Source of the DNA: Candidatus Kapaibacterium sp. | Lineage (GTDB): Bacteria > Bacteroidota > Ignavibacteria > Kapaibacteriales > UBA4661 | DNA: 64,000 bases | Assembly (NCBI GenBank): GCA_004292595.1 | Contig: RDXM01000083.1 | Location: forward strand, 79,215 to 143,214 | Direction: 5' to 3' | Shown here: positions 1 to 9,034 of the stretch, in pieces | How positions within the stretch are numbered: position 1 is the first letter of the stretch | How the letters are laid out: each line of letters opens with the position of its first letter | Translations under genes and position numbers: made by a program | Notes under the pieces: generated by a model | What the model was told of the DNA's origin: nothing | Seen by the model: the letters and a program-made list of their open reading frames with translations, nothing else | Databases searched by the model: none

Positions 1-717
1 TTAGAGCATCTAATTCCTCGCGAGCATTCTCCCAAAAATCAACGGGAATGAAGCCCGCAACATCGCACCGATAGCCGTCAATATCCGCCTCGCGCACCCA
101 GTATTTGAGCGCATCGGTCATATATTTGCGCAATTCAGGTTTATTGTAATCAAAATCAATAATGTCATCCCAATCATACCAAGGAGTAGGCTGGAAGTGC
201 CCTTCGGCGGATTTGCTGTACCAGTCGGGATGCTGCTCCACAAGCGCGTTATCCCACGCCGAGTGATTCGCAACCCAGTCCAACACGACATACATTCCCA
301 TTCCATGAATTTTTTTTACCAATGCTTTGAATTCTTCCATCGTTCCAAATTCAGGATTCACAGCAAGATAATCCTTTACAGCATAATAACTTCCCTTTGC
401 TCCTTTGCGTTTTTTTTCGCCAATCGGGTGAATTGGCATGAGCCACAAAATATCTACACCCATTGCCTTCAAGCGTGGTAAATGCTGCTCAAACGCCTTA
501 AACGTCCCTTCTTTCGTGTATTGGCGGATGTTTACTTCGTAAATAGTCGCATTTTTGCTCCATTCAGGATGCTTGATTTCAACGTAATTTTTCGGCGTGT
601 ATCGCGCTTCATCACTTGCAGATTGAGTATTCATACGGCTTGTAGAAGATTGCCCACACGCTGTTATGAGCAATAATGTGGTCATTACAACCAAGTGAAT
701 TGGTATGAAAAATTTCA
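1..717 (-). CDS. Alpha-amylase family (GH13) lipoprotein. The C-terminus is truncated by the window edge and the ORF runs off position 1.
   Basis: Reverse-strand translation starts MKFFIPIHLVVMTTLLLITAC, a lipoprotein signal with a Cys. It continues through DILWLMPIHPIGEKKRKG and ends at GYRCDVAGFIP, which matches GH13 conserved region II (GFRxDAA). Confidence 0.75.
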
Positions 718-865
718 TGCGGGGGAAAGGAATGGTGAAAAAAAATCTGACAAAACAATAGAGCGAATGGCAAAGTACAATAATTCCACATATTTGAAAA
801 AGCTCAAAAAAAGTATACTAAAAATGGGTAAAAATTGCATATCGAAAAGTAAAGGAGTTGAGATG

Positions 866-970
866 TAATACCGTTTCTACTGTATTTTGAATACTTTGAT
901 TGTATCAAGGCAGCATGCTGCCTTGTTTCGGAGAATTGAAAGTATTCATTTTACAATCGAAACGGTATTA
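866..970. repeat. Copy 1 of a roughly 105 bp triply nested palindromic intergenic element (core caaggcagcatgctgccttg at 906..925).
   Basis: Three nested inverted repeats: aataccgtttc/gaaacggtatt, tgaatacttt/aaagtattca, and the core caaggcagc-atg-ctgccttg. It is about 90% identical to the reverse complement of 38320..38420. Confidence 0.6.
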
Positions 971-1180
971 TCTGGGAAGGCGCATATCATCATCATTAGT
1001 ACTACTGGCTGCGCTGGCACGATACGACTACAAGCGAACTGCTTCCGACAGGACGAGAACTTGCTCGCAAACAGTTCAAATGTGCAAAAGAAGAGCAAGA
1101 TCGCGCCGAACCGCCTTGCCGAACACCTGAAAGCATTGGAAGTAAATCCCGACGAAGTATAAAAACGTGAAGGTAACAAT

Positions 1181-1243
1181 AGAAAATGCACAACGCCTGT
1201 AATGCTCATCATTACAGGCGTTGTGCATTTTCTCCCAACACGC
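1181..1243. terminator. Long perfect hairpin (24 bp stem, 5 nt loop) downstream of the minus-strand peroxidase gene.
   Basis: agaaaatgcacaacgcctgtaatg-ctcat-cattacaggcgttgtgcattttct, located 3' of the gene that ends at 1268. Confidence 0.55.
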
Positions 1244-1267
1244 TTGCGTGCGAATGTGCGAAGAATT

Positions 1268-2518
1268 TTACCGAAATGGATCGCTATATTTCGGGTCGGT
1301 TATCATTTGATTATCCGTCAATGTGCGTAGAAATGCGAGTAAATCTGCTTTTTGTTGGGCGGAAAGATTGAATTTGAGTGGCTTCCCGTTGGGCATATTG
1401 CCTTCTTTGAGCGCAATTCCTAAATTCGGGTGATTCTTTACGCCGCTATTGTAATGCTCAATTACTTCTTCCAGCGTTGCAAAGCGTCCGTCGTGCATAT
1501 ACGGTGCGGTCAGAGCAATATTTTTCAGCGAAGGAACTTTGAATGTACCAATAAAACGGTCGAAGTTGATTGCTTCGGCAACGCCTTTATCGGTCGTGCT
1601 GACCGAATCAATGCCGTTGGATGTTGTGCCAGGAACGGGATTGATAAACGCCTCGCTCGCATGGCAGCCGATACAGCCCAATCCGCCCTGCGGCTGCGGC
1701 AAAAAGAACAAGCGTTTGCCACTATTTTCGCTGGCGGTGAAATTCGCAAAATCACGAACAGGCTGCGGAACTGCCACTCGCCCACTATCGTATTTGCTTG
1801 ATACACTCACCATTGAGCGAATAAACTGCGCCAGAGCGCGTGAAATCTTGTCGGATGTAATTTCATTTGAACCAAAGGCATTCGTGAAAAGCTGCTTGTA
1901 ATAGTCCTGCCCTTGCACACGCTCCACAACTTGCGCCAGCGTCATGCCCATTTCCGTTTTGTCCTGAAATGGCATCAGTACTTGCTCTTCGAGCGTTGCA
2001 GCGCGTTCATCCCAGAAAAAACGACCGCGCTTGTAAAAGCGAGCATTCGCAAGGCTCATGGAGTGCCGCCGCGTGAGTCCGCCCATAAAACCTTTACTGA
2101 GGCGTTCTTTATCAGAAAAACCTTCCTTTTGCTTGTGGCACGAACCGCAAGAAACAGTGCTATTTGCACTCAAGTTTTTATCGTAAAACAACACTCGCCC
2201 AAGCGTCGCACTGTTATCGGTAATGGAATTACTGGCGGGCGTGTTGTCGCTGCCAAGCGCGGAGGCTTGGTCAATGCCACCCAGTGCATTTGTGGTCAAG
2301 TGCGCTGGGAGCGCAATATTTGCGTAGTTGTAGGGCGTTGCTGGCAGCGTTGGTACTTTTGCGCTTGCTGGCGGATTGGCAACGGGATTGCTCACATTCG
2401 GTGTATTCGTGCAAGCACCGGTAGCAATCACCAGAAACAGACCAAGCCCAAAAGCACGTATTTGTGCGGCATTTATGCTATTTTCCCAAAACGTTTTCAT
2501 AGAGGTTGTAAGGAACAT
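1268..2518 (-). CDS. Di-heme cytochrome c peroxidase (CCP/MauG family).
   Basis: Two CxxCH heme motifs (CGSCHKQ and CIGCHAS), an N-terminal signal peptide, and a length of 416 aa typical for bacterial CCP. Confidence 0.85.
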   Translation of the reverse strand: MFLTTSMKTFWENSINAAQIRAFGLGLFLVIATGACTNTPNVSNPVANPPASAKVPTLPATPYNYANIALPAHLTTNALGGIDQASALGSDNTPASNSITDNSATLGRVLFYDKNLSANSTVSCGSCHKQKEGFSDKERLSKGFMGGLTRRHSMSLANARFYKRGRFFWDERAATLEEQVLMPFQDKTEMGMTLAQVVERVQGQDYYKQLFTNAFGSNEITSDKISRALAQFIRSMVSVSSKYDSGRVAVPQPVRDFANFTASENSGKRLFFLPQPQGGLGCIGCHASEAFINPVPGTTSNGIDSVSTTDKGVAEAINFDRFIGTFKVPSLKNIALTAPYMHDGRFATLEEVIEHYNSGVKNHPNLGIALKEGNMPNGKPLKFNLSAQQKADLLAFLRTLTDNQMITDPKYSDPFR

Positions 2519-2689
2519 TGTGTGAAGAAATGTTTGTGATTTTCATAAACAACACTATTATAGCAGAAAAGTTACACAAATACCGTCTATTTTTCTGTGC
2601 AAATTTCTCGCCCTACCAAAAAAAACATCCTCTTTGTTTCTAAAAAACTATTTGAGGATTTCTGCAAACATGATACATTAGAGTTTATC

Positions 2690-2770
2690 TCGAATAAGGT
2701 TTTTGGGGTTTTGGAGCAAGGCAGCATGCTGCCTTGTTTCGTAAAAAAGTCTATTCGGAATAAAGTCTAT
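2690..2770. repeat. Copy 2 (divergent) of the palindromic core repeat (core gagcaaggcagcatgctgccttgtttcg at 2717..2736).
   Basis: Shares the 28 bp core with the elements at 866..970 and 38320..38420, but the flanks differ (tcgaataag...ctattcggaata). Confidence 0.45.
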
Positions 2771-2848
2771 TGAAAAAATATCGAACACGCACAACACAAC
2801 CAACGCCCACACTCAGACACAACCACATCATATTGAATATATTGAATT

Positions 2849-3322
2849 ATGAACACCGCATCACCTCTTGCTTCTGTCAAAGACCGCTTTGCAACCTTGG
2901 CGCATGAATTTAGCAATTTTTACGACAGTAAACACACATCCTACAAAGAGTTAAATGAATTTGAAACGCGCAAATATTTCATTGATAAATTTTGGGAAAT
3001 CCTTGGGTGGAACACCGATAACAGATTTATTTTCGCAAAAGCTATTCGCACAATGCATTTTGATTCACCAGTAACAAACCGAATTCCCTATCCGAAACTC
3101 AATCTGTTGCAACACTCTGATAAACAAGAACATGACAAAATTGTTCAACTCGTCCAAAAAATGCTGGAAACGCAGGCCAAGCGCAAAACAGCGCGGACAG
3201 ACTTCGAGCGCGAGCAGTTGGAGCAGAGCGCGAGCCGCATAGACAGGGAGATAGACGCGGTGGTCTATCGGTTATACGGTTTGACGGCAGAAGAAATTGC
3301 GCTTGTGGAGCGCGGCGCGTAA
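2849..3322 (+). pseudogene. Probable remnant of a Type IIG/Eco57I-like restriction-modification gene, with N- and C-termini joined and the catalytic core deleted.
   Basis: The N-terminus ETRKYFIDKFWEILGWN resembles the HsdR/Type IIG N-terminal motif (ETR..FI...L.aLGW). The C-terminus KIVQLVQKMLETQAK...IDREIDAVVYRLYGLTAEEIALVE is the canonical C-terminal tail of Eco57I/PglX-type N6-methyltransferase-endonucleases. Only 157 aa lie between them. Confidence 0.45.
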
Positions 3323-3462
3323 TTGGCTGCATCACGACCCAATTTTACAAATTGTTCTCAATATTCTCATTGAAAAATTCCCCGCTTCTACCACGAAATT
3401 CGGGAAGAAGTCGAAGGTAGTGGTATTCAGAAAGCAAATTTTCTGAACAGCAAAAAAAGCCC

Positions 3463-3497
3463 GCAACGCTTGACCGTTACGGGCTTTTCTACTTTTT
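3463..3497. terminator. Bidirectional rho-independent-type hairpin between two convergent genes.
   Basis: aaaaaagcccgcaacgcttgaccgttacgggcttttctactttt; the stem is gcccg(c)aacg/cgttacgggc with flanking A and T tracts. Confidence 0.5.
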
Positions 3498-3544
3498 AGG
3501 CTTGAGGTTTCATCCCTCATCCCTCAAATTTCAAACGTCATCCT

Positions 3545-5473
3545 TCAAAAGTGCCAGCGCACAAAACCCTCAATCGCCTCGTATTCGGCGAGACCGAGTT
3601 TGTTGTACATATCTGCTGTGCCTTTGTTGCGGTCTTCGGCGCGTTGCCAGAACTCGCGTGGGTCGCTGCCCGGAAACACGGCGGAATCTTTTTGCGATTG
3701 GTGCTTGAAAATAGCTTTGCGTTTGCGCATAAGTTCGCCAGGGCTGATAGGGACTGCCATTTCGATTTGGTCCACGCCCCACTCCTGCCATGCGCCCCGG
3801 TAGAGCCACACCCAACAATCGTTCATCCATTCCGCGCCGCTCGCATTGATGCGCTTCACCGCTTCCATAATCGCTGCCAAGCAGACGCGGTGTGTTCCGT
3901 GTGGGTCGGAGAGGTCGCCAGCCGCGTAGATTTGATGCGGCTTTATGTCGTTCAAGAAATCCACAATAATCTGAATATCATCCTCGCCAAGCGGCTTCTT
4001 TTTCACCGTTCCCGTTTGGTAGAATGGCATATTGAGGAAGTGCGCATTTTCATCCGAAACGCCCGATGCGCGGCAGCCCGCCTTTGCTTCGCCCTGACGA
4101 ATCAAGCCTTTAATTGCCTGCACTTCGGGAGAATCAATTTCACCTGGATTTTTATTGCGTAGGAACTCCGACACTTTTGTATAAAATTTCTCCGATTCTT
4201 CGGAATTAAAACCTAAGTGTTTATTCATGTCCGTCACAAAGTCTGCAAAGCGAATCGCGTCGTCGTCAAAAACCGCAATATTTCCTGATGTTTGGTACGC
4301 AACGTGGACTTCATGCCCTTGGTCGGCAAGGCGAATAAACGTGCCGCCCATCGAAATTACGTCGTCGTCGGGATGCGGACTGAACAACACCACGCGCTTT
4401 GGAAACGGTGCTTTGCGCTCGGGACGGTGGCTGTCGTCGGCGTTTGGTTTGCCGCCGGGCCAGCCTGTGATGGTGCGTTGAAGCTGGTTGAACACGTCAA
4501 TATTGATGTCGTAGCAGCGTCCGCCACGCACGGTGAGGAGGTCGCCCATGCCGTGTTCGTTGTAATCGGCATCGGAGAGCTTCAGAATTGGCTTGTTTAC
4601 TTGCTGGCAAAGCCAGACCACCGCAGAACGGACGCGCTGCGTTGTCCACTCGCATTCACCAATAAGCCATGGCGTTTTGATGCGCGTCAGTTCCGCGCCT
4701 GCCGCTTCATCCAGCACAAAAAGTGCGTTAAAATGGCGTTGCAAGAAGGTTGCGGGAACGGAATCGGTCGGCTCGCCTTCGACTGTTTTTTGGATAATTT
4801 TCGCTTTGCCTTCGCCCCACGCCATCAGCACGATGCGGCGTGCCGCCAAAATCGTTCCTACGCCCATCGTAATTGCACGGCGCGGCACATTGCCATCGCC
4901 AAAGAAATCGCTGGCAGCATCAAGGCGCGTCATGCGGTCGAGCGTAATCATGCGGGTCTTGGAATCAGCACCAGAGCCAGGTTCGTTGAAACCGATGTGT
5001 CCTGTGCGCCCGATACCCAAAATTTGAATATCAATCCCACCAACACGCTGAATTTCTTTTTCGTAATGCTCACAAAAAGCCGGAGCTTGGTCCATTGTCA
5101 AGCGTCCATCAGGGATGTGGACGTTTTCGCGCTTAATATCAACGTGGTCGAAGAGATGCTCGTTCATAAAACGCACGTAGCTTTGCAACTCCGACGGGTC
5201 CATCGGATAGTATTCATCAAGGTTGAAGGTAATGACGTTGCGAAAGCTCAGACCTTCTTCTTTGTGAAGGCGCACAAGTTCTTCATACACGCGAATCGGC
5301 GAGGAGCCAGTTGCCAAGCCGAGTACAGCGTTTTTACCTTGGCTAGCACGTTCACGAATTACGCCCGCAATCTCGGCGGCAACAGCTTTCGAGGCATCGG
5401 CAGAGTTCGCAAACACTTTCGTAGGGACGCGCTCTTTGCGGCGCAAATCCGAGGAATCGGGTTGTAATTGCAT
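3545..5473 (-). CDS. nagB: Glucosamine-6-phosphate deaminase, long form (NagB-II): an N-terminal NagB domain plus a C-terminal LmbE/PIG-L deacetylase-like domain.
   Basis: The N-terminus VLGLATGSSPIRVYEELV...FNLDEYYPM is a NagB signature. The C-terminus VLFSPHPDDDVISMGGT...HVAYQTSGN is an LmbE/PIG-L motif. The 642 aa length matches Bacteroidetes-type NagB-II. Confidence 0.9.
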   Translation of the reverse strand: MQLQPDSSDLRRKERVPTKVFANSADASKAVAAEIAGVIRERASQGKNAVLGLATGSSPIRVYEELVRLHKEEGLSFRNVITFNLDEYYPMDPSELQSYVRFMNEHLFDHVDIKRENVHIPDGRLTMDQAPAFCEHYEKEIQRVGGIDIQILGIGRTGHIGFNEPGSGADSKTRMITLDRMTRLDAASDFFGDGNVPRRAITMGVGTILAARRIVLMAWGEGKAKIIQKTVEGEPTDSVPATFLQRHFNALFVLDEAAGAELTRIKTPWLIGECEWTTQRVRSAVVWLCQQVNKPILKLSDADYNEHGMGDLLTVRGGRCYDINIDVFNQLQRTITGWPGGKPNADDSHRPERKAPFPKRVVLFSPHPDDDVISMGGTFIRLADQGHEVHVAYQTSGNIAVFDDDAIRFADFVTDMNKHLGFNSEESEKFYTKVSEFLRNKNPGEIDSPEVQAIKGLIRQGEAKAGCRASGVSDENAHFLNMPFYQTGTVKKKPLGEDDIQIIVDFLNDIKPHQIYAAGDLSDPHGTHRVCLAAIMEAVKRINASGAEWMNDCWVWLYRGAWQEWGVDQIEMAVPISPGELMRKRKAIFKHQSQKDSAVFPGSDPREFWQRAEDRNKGTADMYNKLGLAEYEAIEGFVRWHF

Positions 5474-5562
5474 AGAGAAAAACGTTTGGGTGAAATGTGA
5501 GAATGATGTGAGTTATGCGATATCTATCGTTGCATGGCTGCCATTTGCACGAGAAGACGGCA

Positions 5563-7431
5563 CTATTGGGTCAATCTTGACGGTCTATTCTGATTGTTGG
5601 TTGTGCGAAAGCGTTGTACAATCTCTCGAAGCATCTGCGCGTGGCTTGCTAATTCTTCCGATGCGGCTGCTGATTCCTCTGCGCTTGCGCTGGTGGTTTG
5701 GACAACCTGTGAAATATGCTCTACGCCTTTGCTAATTTGCGAAATACCACTTGATTGGTCTTTTGCGGCAATCACGATTTCGTTCATTACCGTTTGCACA
5801 TTGGCAGAACGCTCTTGAATACTCTGCAACGCCTTGGCTGTCTCACCCGTCAGCTGCTCACTAATGACGATTTGGTTCAACGCAGCATCAATCATAATTG
5901 CTGTTTCTCGGGCAGCTTTCGCGCTTCTGTTAGCGAGATTACGGACTTCTTCTGCTACGACCGCAAAGCCTTTGCCGTGCCGTCCAGCGCGAGCGGCTTC
6001 TACGGCGGCATTCAGAGCGAGAAGATTTGTTTGAAAAGCAATTTCATCAATTACTTTAATTACCTTACTAATTTCGCGGCTGGAGCGGCTTAATTCCTGA
6101 ATCGAACTGACAAGATTATTCATCTGCGCAACGCCGTCGAATGCGGCTTTGGCAGTATTTTTTGTGAGCGTTTCCGCTTCGGTCGCTTGCATTGAACTTT
6201 GCCGCGCTTGCCCACTAATTTCGTTCAATGATGCACTAATTTCTTCCAACGACGCAGCTTGTTCGGTTGCACCAGAAGAGAGCGAGTGGCTGGTGTCGGC
6301 AAGGTAGGTTGAGCTTTCGCTCACATCCGATGCCGCCGCCGCTACTTGTTGAATAATTTCATTCATGGTGCGCACGGTTTCGTTCAAGGTATCGCTCATC
6401 CGAGCAAATTCACCAGAATACTGTCCATTCATGCCAACGGTTAAATTTCCATCGGCAACATCCGTCAGCACAAGCGAAGCCTCTTGCAGGGGCTTAACAA
6501 CTGCTTCCATAAGTTCATTCACGCCAACAACAACCGTGCGGAACTCACCCTGATATTCGGCAGCATTGGTGCGGATGCTTAAATTGCCTACGCGGGCAGC
6601 ATTGCTCAGATTTTTCAGGTCTGCGACCAAGCGTTTAATCGTTTGCTGCATCAGTGCCATAGAGCGAAGTAACTCGCCAAGTTCGTCGTTGCGCAGCACA
6701 TCAATTTCTGTATTCATATCGCCAGCAGCAATTTTCCCCACCGTTTGGACGCTTTCCGCCAGTGGTTTGGTGATACTGCGCGTGAGAAAGACCGCCGCAC
6801 CGATGGCAATAACCATACCGATAATACCAGCAAGAATGAGAAAATTCCGTGTTTGCTCGGCATTGACTTGGGCAGCATCACCAGTTTTCGTTGCTAATTG
6901 TTGTTGCCAATTTGCAAGCTCTTGGCAGGCACGCAGATACTCTGTCCGCGCGGGTGCAAATTCTTGTGTGTATTGTGCTTTAATTTGCGTGTCAAATGTC
7001 GCCGTTCTTCTCGCTGCTGCAAGTATAGCATTTAATTTTTTCAAATATGCTTCGCGTGCTTCGATGAGCTTTTGAAAGCGTATTTTACCACCTTCGGTTG
7101 TAATTTTTGCTTTCAAGAGCTGGATATGTTCAGTAATCTCCATTCGTCGCCGTTCTACATTCGCAATTTCCTGTTCAATTTGCTGCTTTTCAACGGGATT
7201 CGTTCCATCAAGAACCCCAACAAGCAATACTGATTCTGCGTTGGACTGCGCCAACTGCATAATCTGCATGGCAGCATTGATTTTCGGCATTTTATCATCA
7301 ACAACATTCGTTACGTCGTTGGCAACATTCGTTACCGCATTTACACCCAAAAGAATGCAAAAAGACAATAAAACCAAAACTGTTCCAAAGCCAAGCATGA
7401 GGCGCGTCGAAATTTTTATCGAATTCAACAT
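5563..7431 (-). CDS. Methyl-accepting chemotaxis protein (TM - HAMP - MA domain).
   Basis: The conserved MCP signalling core [35 protein letters not shown] is present, along with an N-terminal TM helix. The likely start is the internal Met (MLNSIKISTRL) rather than the track start at 7509, which adds a poly-Thr extension. Confidence 0.85.
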   Translation of the reverse strand: MLNSIKISTRLMLGFGTVLVLLSFCILLGVNAVTNVANDVTNVVDDKMPKINAAMQIMQLAQSNAESVLLVGVLDGTNPVEKQQIEQEIANVERRRMEITEHIQLLKAKITTEGGKIRFQKLIEAREAYLKKLNAILAAARRTATFDTQIKAQYTQEFAPARTEYLRACQELANWQQQLATKTGDAAQVNAEQTRNFLILAGIIGMVIAIGAAVFLTRSITKPLAESVQTVGKIAAGDMNTEIDVLRNDELGELLRSMALMQQTIKRLVADLKNLSNAARVGNLSIRTNAAEYQGEFRTVVVGVNELMEAVVKPLQEASLVLTDVADGNLTVGMNGQYSGEFARMSDTLNETVRTMNEIIQQVAAAASDVSESSTYLADTSHSLSSGATEQAASLEEISASLNEISGQARQSSMQATEAETLTKNTAKAAFDGVAQMNNLVSSIQELSRSSREISKVIKVIDEIAFQTNLLALNAAVEAARAGRHGKGFAVVAEEVRNLANRSAKAARETAIMIDAALNQIVISEQLTGETAKALQSIQERSANVQTVMNEIVIAAKDQSSGISQISKGVEHISQVVQTTSASAEESAAASEELASHAQMLREIVQRFRTTNNQNRPSRLTQ

Positions 7432-7532
7432 AGTGGTATGTATGATAGTGAATGTGGTGGTGGTGATCGTGGTGGTTATCCGAAAAAATTGCAGTCTTTC
7501 CGTGCGCAACTCCTAAACATTGAGTAAGTACT

Positions 7533-7563
7533 GTACGCTGCTATACGCTGCTATACGCTGCAA
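7533..7563. repeat. Tandem repeat of the 10 bp unit tacgctgcta, 3 copies, in the MCP upstream region.
   Basis: tacgctgctatacgctgctatacgctgcaata, read directly. Confidence 0.5.
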
Positions 7564-7578
7564 TATAAAACTAGAGCA

Positions 7579-8361
7579 TTATTCTTCAACAGTTTTTTTT
7601 GAGAAAACAAGCTCACCAAATCGCTTCGGCACGTGGAATTTATTCAAACCAGTCGGTGACCACGCAATAAATTCTCGCTCTGGAAAACGCTCTAGGCGAT
7701 ACAAATTCATGCGCCACATTTCGCCGTCTTCGGGAGAGACACGCCCCGCCCGCACAATATCGCGCAAGGGAATCGCCATTTCGACTGTCCAGCTTGTGTC
7801 GGTGTCGGCTTCATTATTGAGCGTACCGCGAATCTGCACCGCCGAGCGAATATCAAGATTGACAATATGATGCGGCAATGAAACAGGCGCAGGAAAGCCA
7901 TTAACATCGCGGGCGTAGCGCACGAACAAGTCCAAAAGCGTATTTGCAGGACTAATTTCAATTTCTGTGTAGCCGTGCAGTGTGGGGTCGTCGGGACATA
8001 AAAACATCTCAACGGCTTCCTCTTCCCATAAGTTTGCATCGCGCTTAGTCATGCGCCCGATGACGTTTTTATCGGCACATTCAAACGCAACGTAGAGATT
8101 GGTGCTGTCCCAGAGCAGCTTTGCCGTTGTGGTGTTTTTCGGCAATGCGCTATCGTTTGCCAAGCGGAATGCCCCTGTGGAAGCGGCTTTCAACCATGCC
8201 GTTTCGCGTAAGTGTCCGTCAAGATTGATAGATTCTCGCGTTTGCAGAACGGTATAGCGTGGAGGCAGCTTCATTTCTTGCTGTTGAGCGTGGGGCGCAA
8301 AAGCAAGAAATGAAACCGACACTCCAAGAACGAGAATAAGTATGATAAAGGAAGATTTCAC
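7579..8361 (-). CDS. Secreted CBM9-like (DOMON-type) carbohydrate-binding domain protein.
   Basis: Signal peptide, and the pattern INLDGHLRETAWLKA...LWDSTNLYVAFEC...WEEEAVEMFL resembles the CBM family 9 fold. Confidence 0.5.
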   Translation of the reverse strand: MKSSFIILILVLGVSVSFLAFAPHAQQQEMKLPPRYTVLQTRESINLDGHLRETAWLKAASTGAFRLANDSALPKNTTTAKLLWDSTNLYVAFECADKNVIGRMTKRDANLWEEEAVEMFLCPDDPTLHGYTEIEISPANTLLDLFVRYARDVNGFPAPVSLPHHIVNLDIRSAVQIRGTLNNEADTDTSWTVEMAIPLRDIVRAGRVSPEDGEMWRMNLYRLERFPEREFIAWSPTGLNKFHVPKRFGELVFSKKTVEE

Positions 8362-8413
8362 AAACGTAGTGGACAGTCAAATGAACGATTCAAATGGATA
8401 ATCAAATGGACAA

Positions 8414-8977
8414 TCAATGCTCGTAATGAATGGGAATAAGTGTCCAGCACGGTAAGGCTTTACCTTGTTTTTGTGCAGGAACAAAGGTTACGTTTTGCAA
8501 GGCAGCAATCGCCGACTGTTCCAATGCTTCGATTTCATCCACAGACAACTCCGCATCCCATTTCTTTTTCTTTGGGTCGAATGCTTTAATGCATTCGAGC
8601 GTGTGTTTGTCGTATTTACCTTTGTCGTCAATCAATACCATCATGGACACCCATGCTTCTTTTTTATTGGTTTTGATGCTTGTCGGATAGGCTATTTTTC
8701 CCATCAAGACTTTCGGGTCAATATGCGGCTCGGCTTCAATGCCCATGCTATTTCCGGGGCATGGCACTTTACTAGAAATAACATTTTGTGAAAAATCTCC
8801 CGCCGCTCCTTCTTGCACACATGGCGAAACCTTGGTGTGCGCCTTACTGTGCGCTTCGACGTGCAGCGCGTGAGCTTTCTCGGCAACTTGCGCGTGGGAC
8901 TTCTGCGCAAAAGCATTCATATTGTGGAGCAATAACCCCGTTACAAACGGGGCAACGATGCGGCATACAGACTTCAT
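8414..8977 (-). CDS. Secreted protein with a TonB C-terminal-like domain.
   Basis: Signal peptide. The C-terminal block KIAYPTSIK...AWVSMMVLIDDKGKYDK...AALQNVTFVPAQKQGKALPCWTLIPIHY fits the TonB_C topology. The match is weak. Confidence 0.35.
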   Translation of the reverse strand: MKSVCRIVAPFVTGLLLHNMNAFAQKSHAQVAEKAHALHVEAHSKAHTKVSPCVQEGAAGDFSQNVISSKVPCPGNSMGIEAEPHIDPKVLMGKIAYPTSIKTNKKEAWVSMMVLIDDKGKYDKHTLECIKAFDPKKKKWDAELSVDEIEALEQSAIAALQNVTFVPAQKQGKALPCWTLIPIHYEH

Positions 8978-9034
8978 ATACTCTCTCCTAAGAAGTATGA
9001 TTAAATAAAAGTGATAGTCTTGAATTCAACAGTG

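Noticed and set aside
887-1212. Overlapping 60-90 aa ORFs on both strands between the amylase and peroxidase genes.
   Set aside because: They cover the palindromic repeat element and a terminator hairpin. There is no RBS or motif support, and palindromes generate ORFs on both strands.
1913-2539. 208 aa plus-strand ORF antisense to the cytochrome c peroxidase gene.
   Set aside because: It is antisense to a gene with two clear CxxCH motifs, and there are no supporting features.
4292-5467. 391 aa plus-strand ORF, plus several smaller plus-strand ORFs, inside the nagB-II gene.
   Set aside because: It is antisense to a strongly conserved, motif-rich gene. It has a biased Ala/Arg/His composition typical of antisense frames and no recognisable motifs.
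5563-7509. Upstream start for the MCP giving an N-terminal MRTERLQFFRITTTITTTTFTIIHTT extension.
   Set aside because: The poly-Thr extension is implausible. The internal Met (MLNSIKISTRL...) gives a canonical MCP N-terminus with a TM helix.
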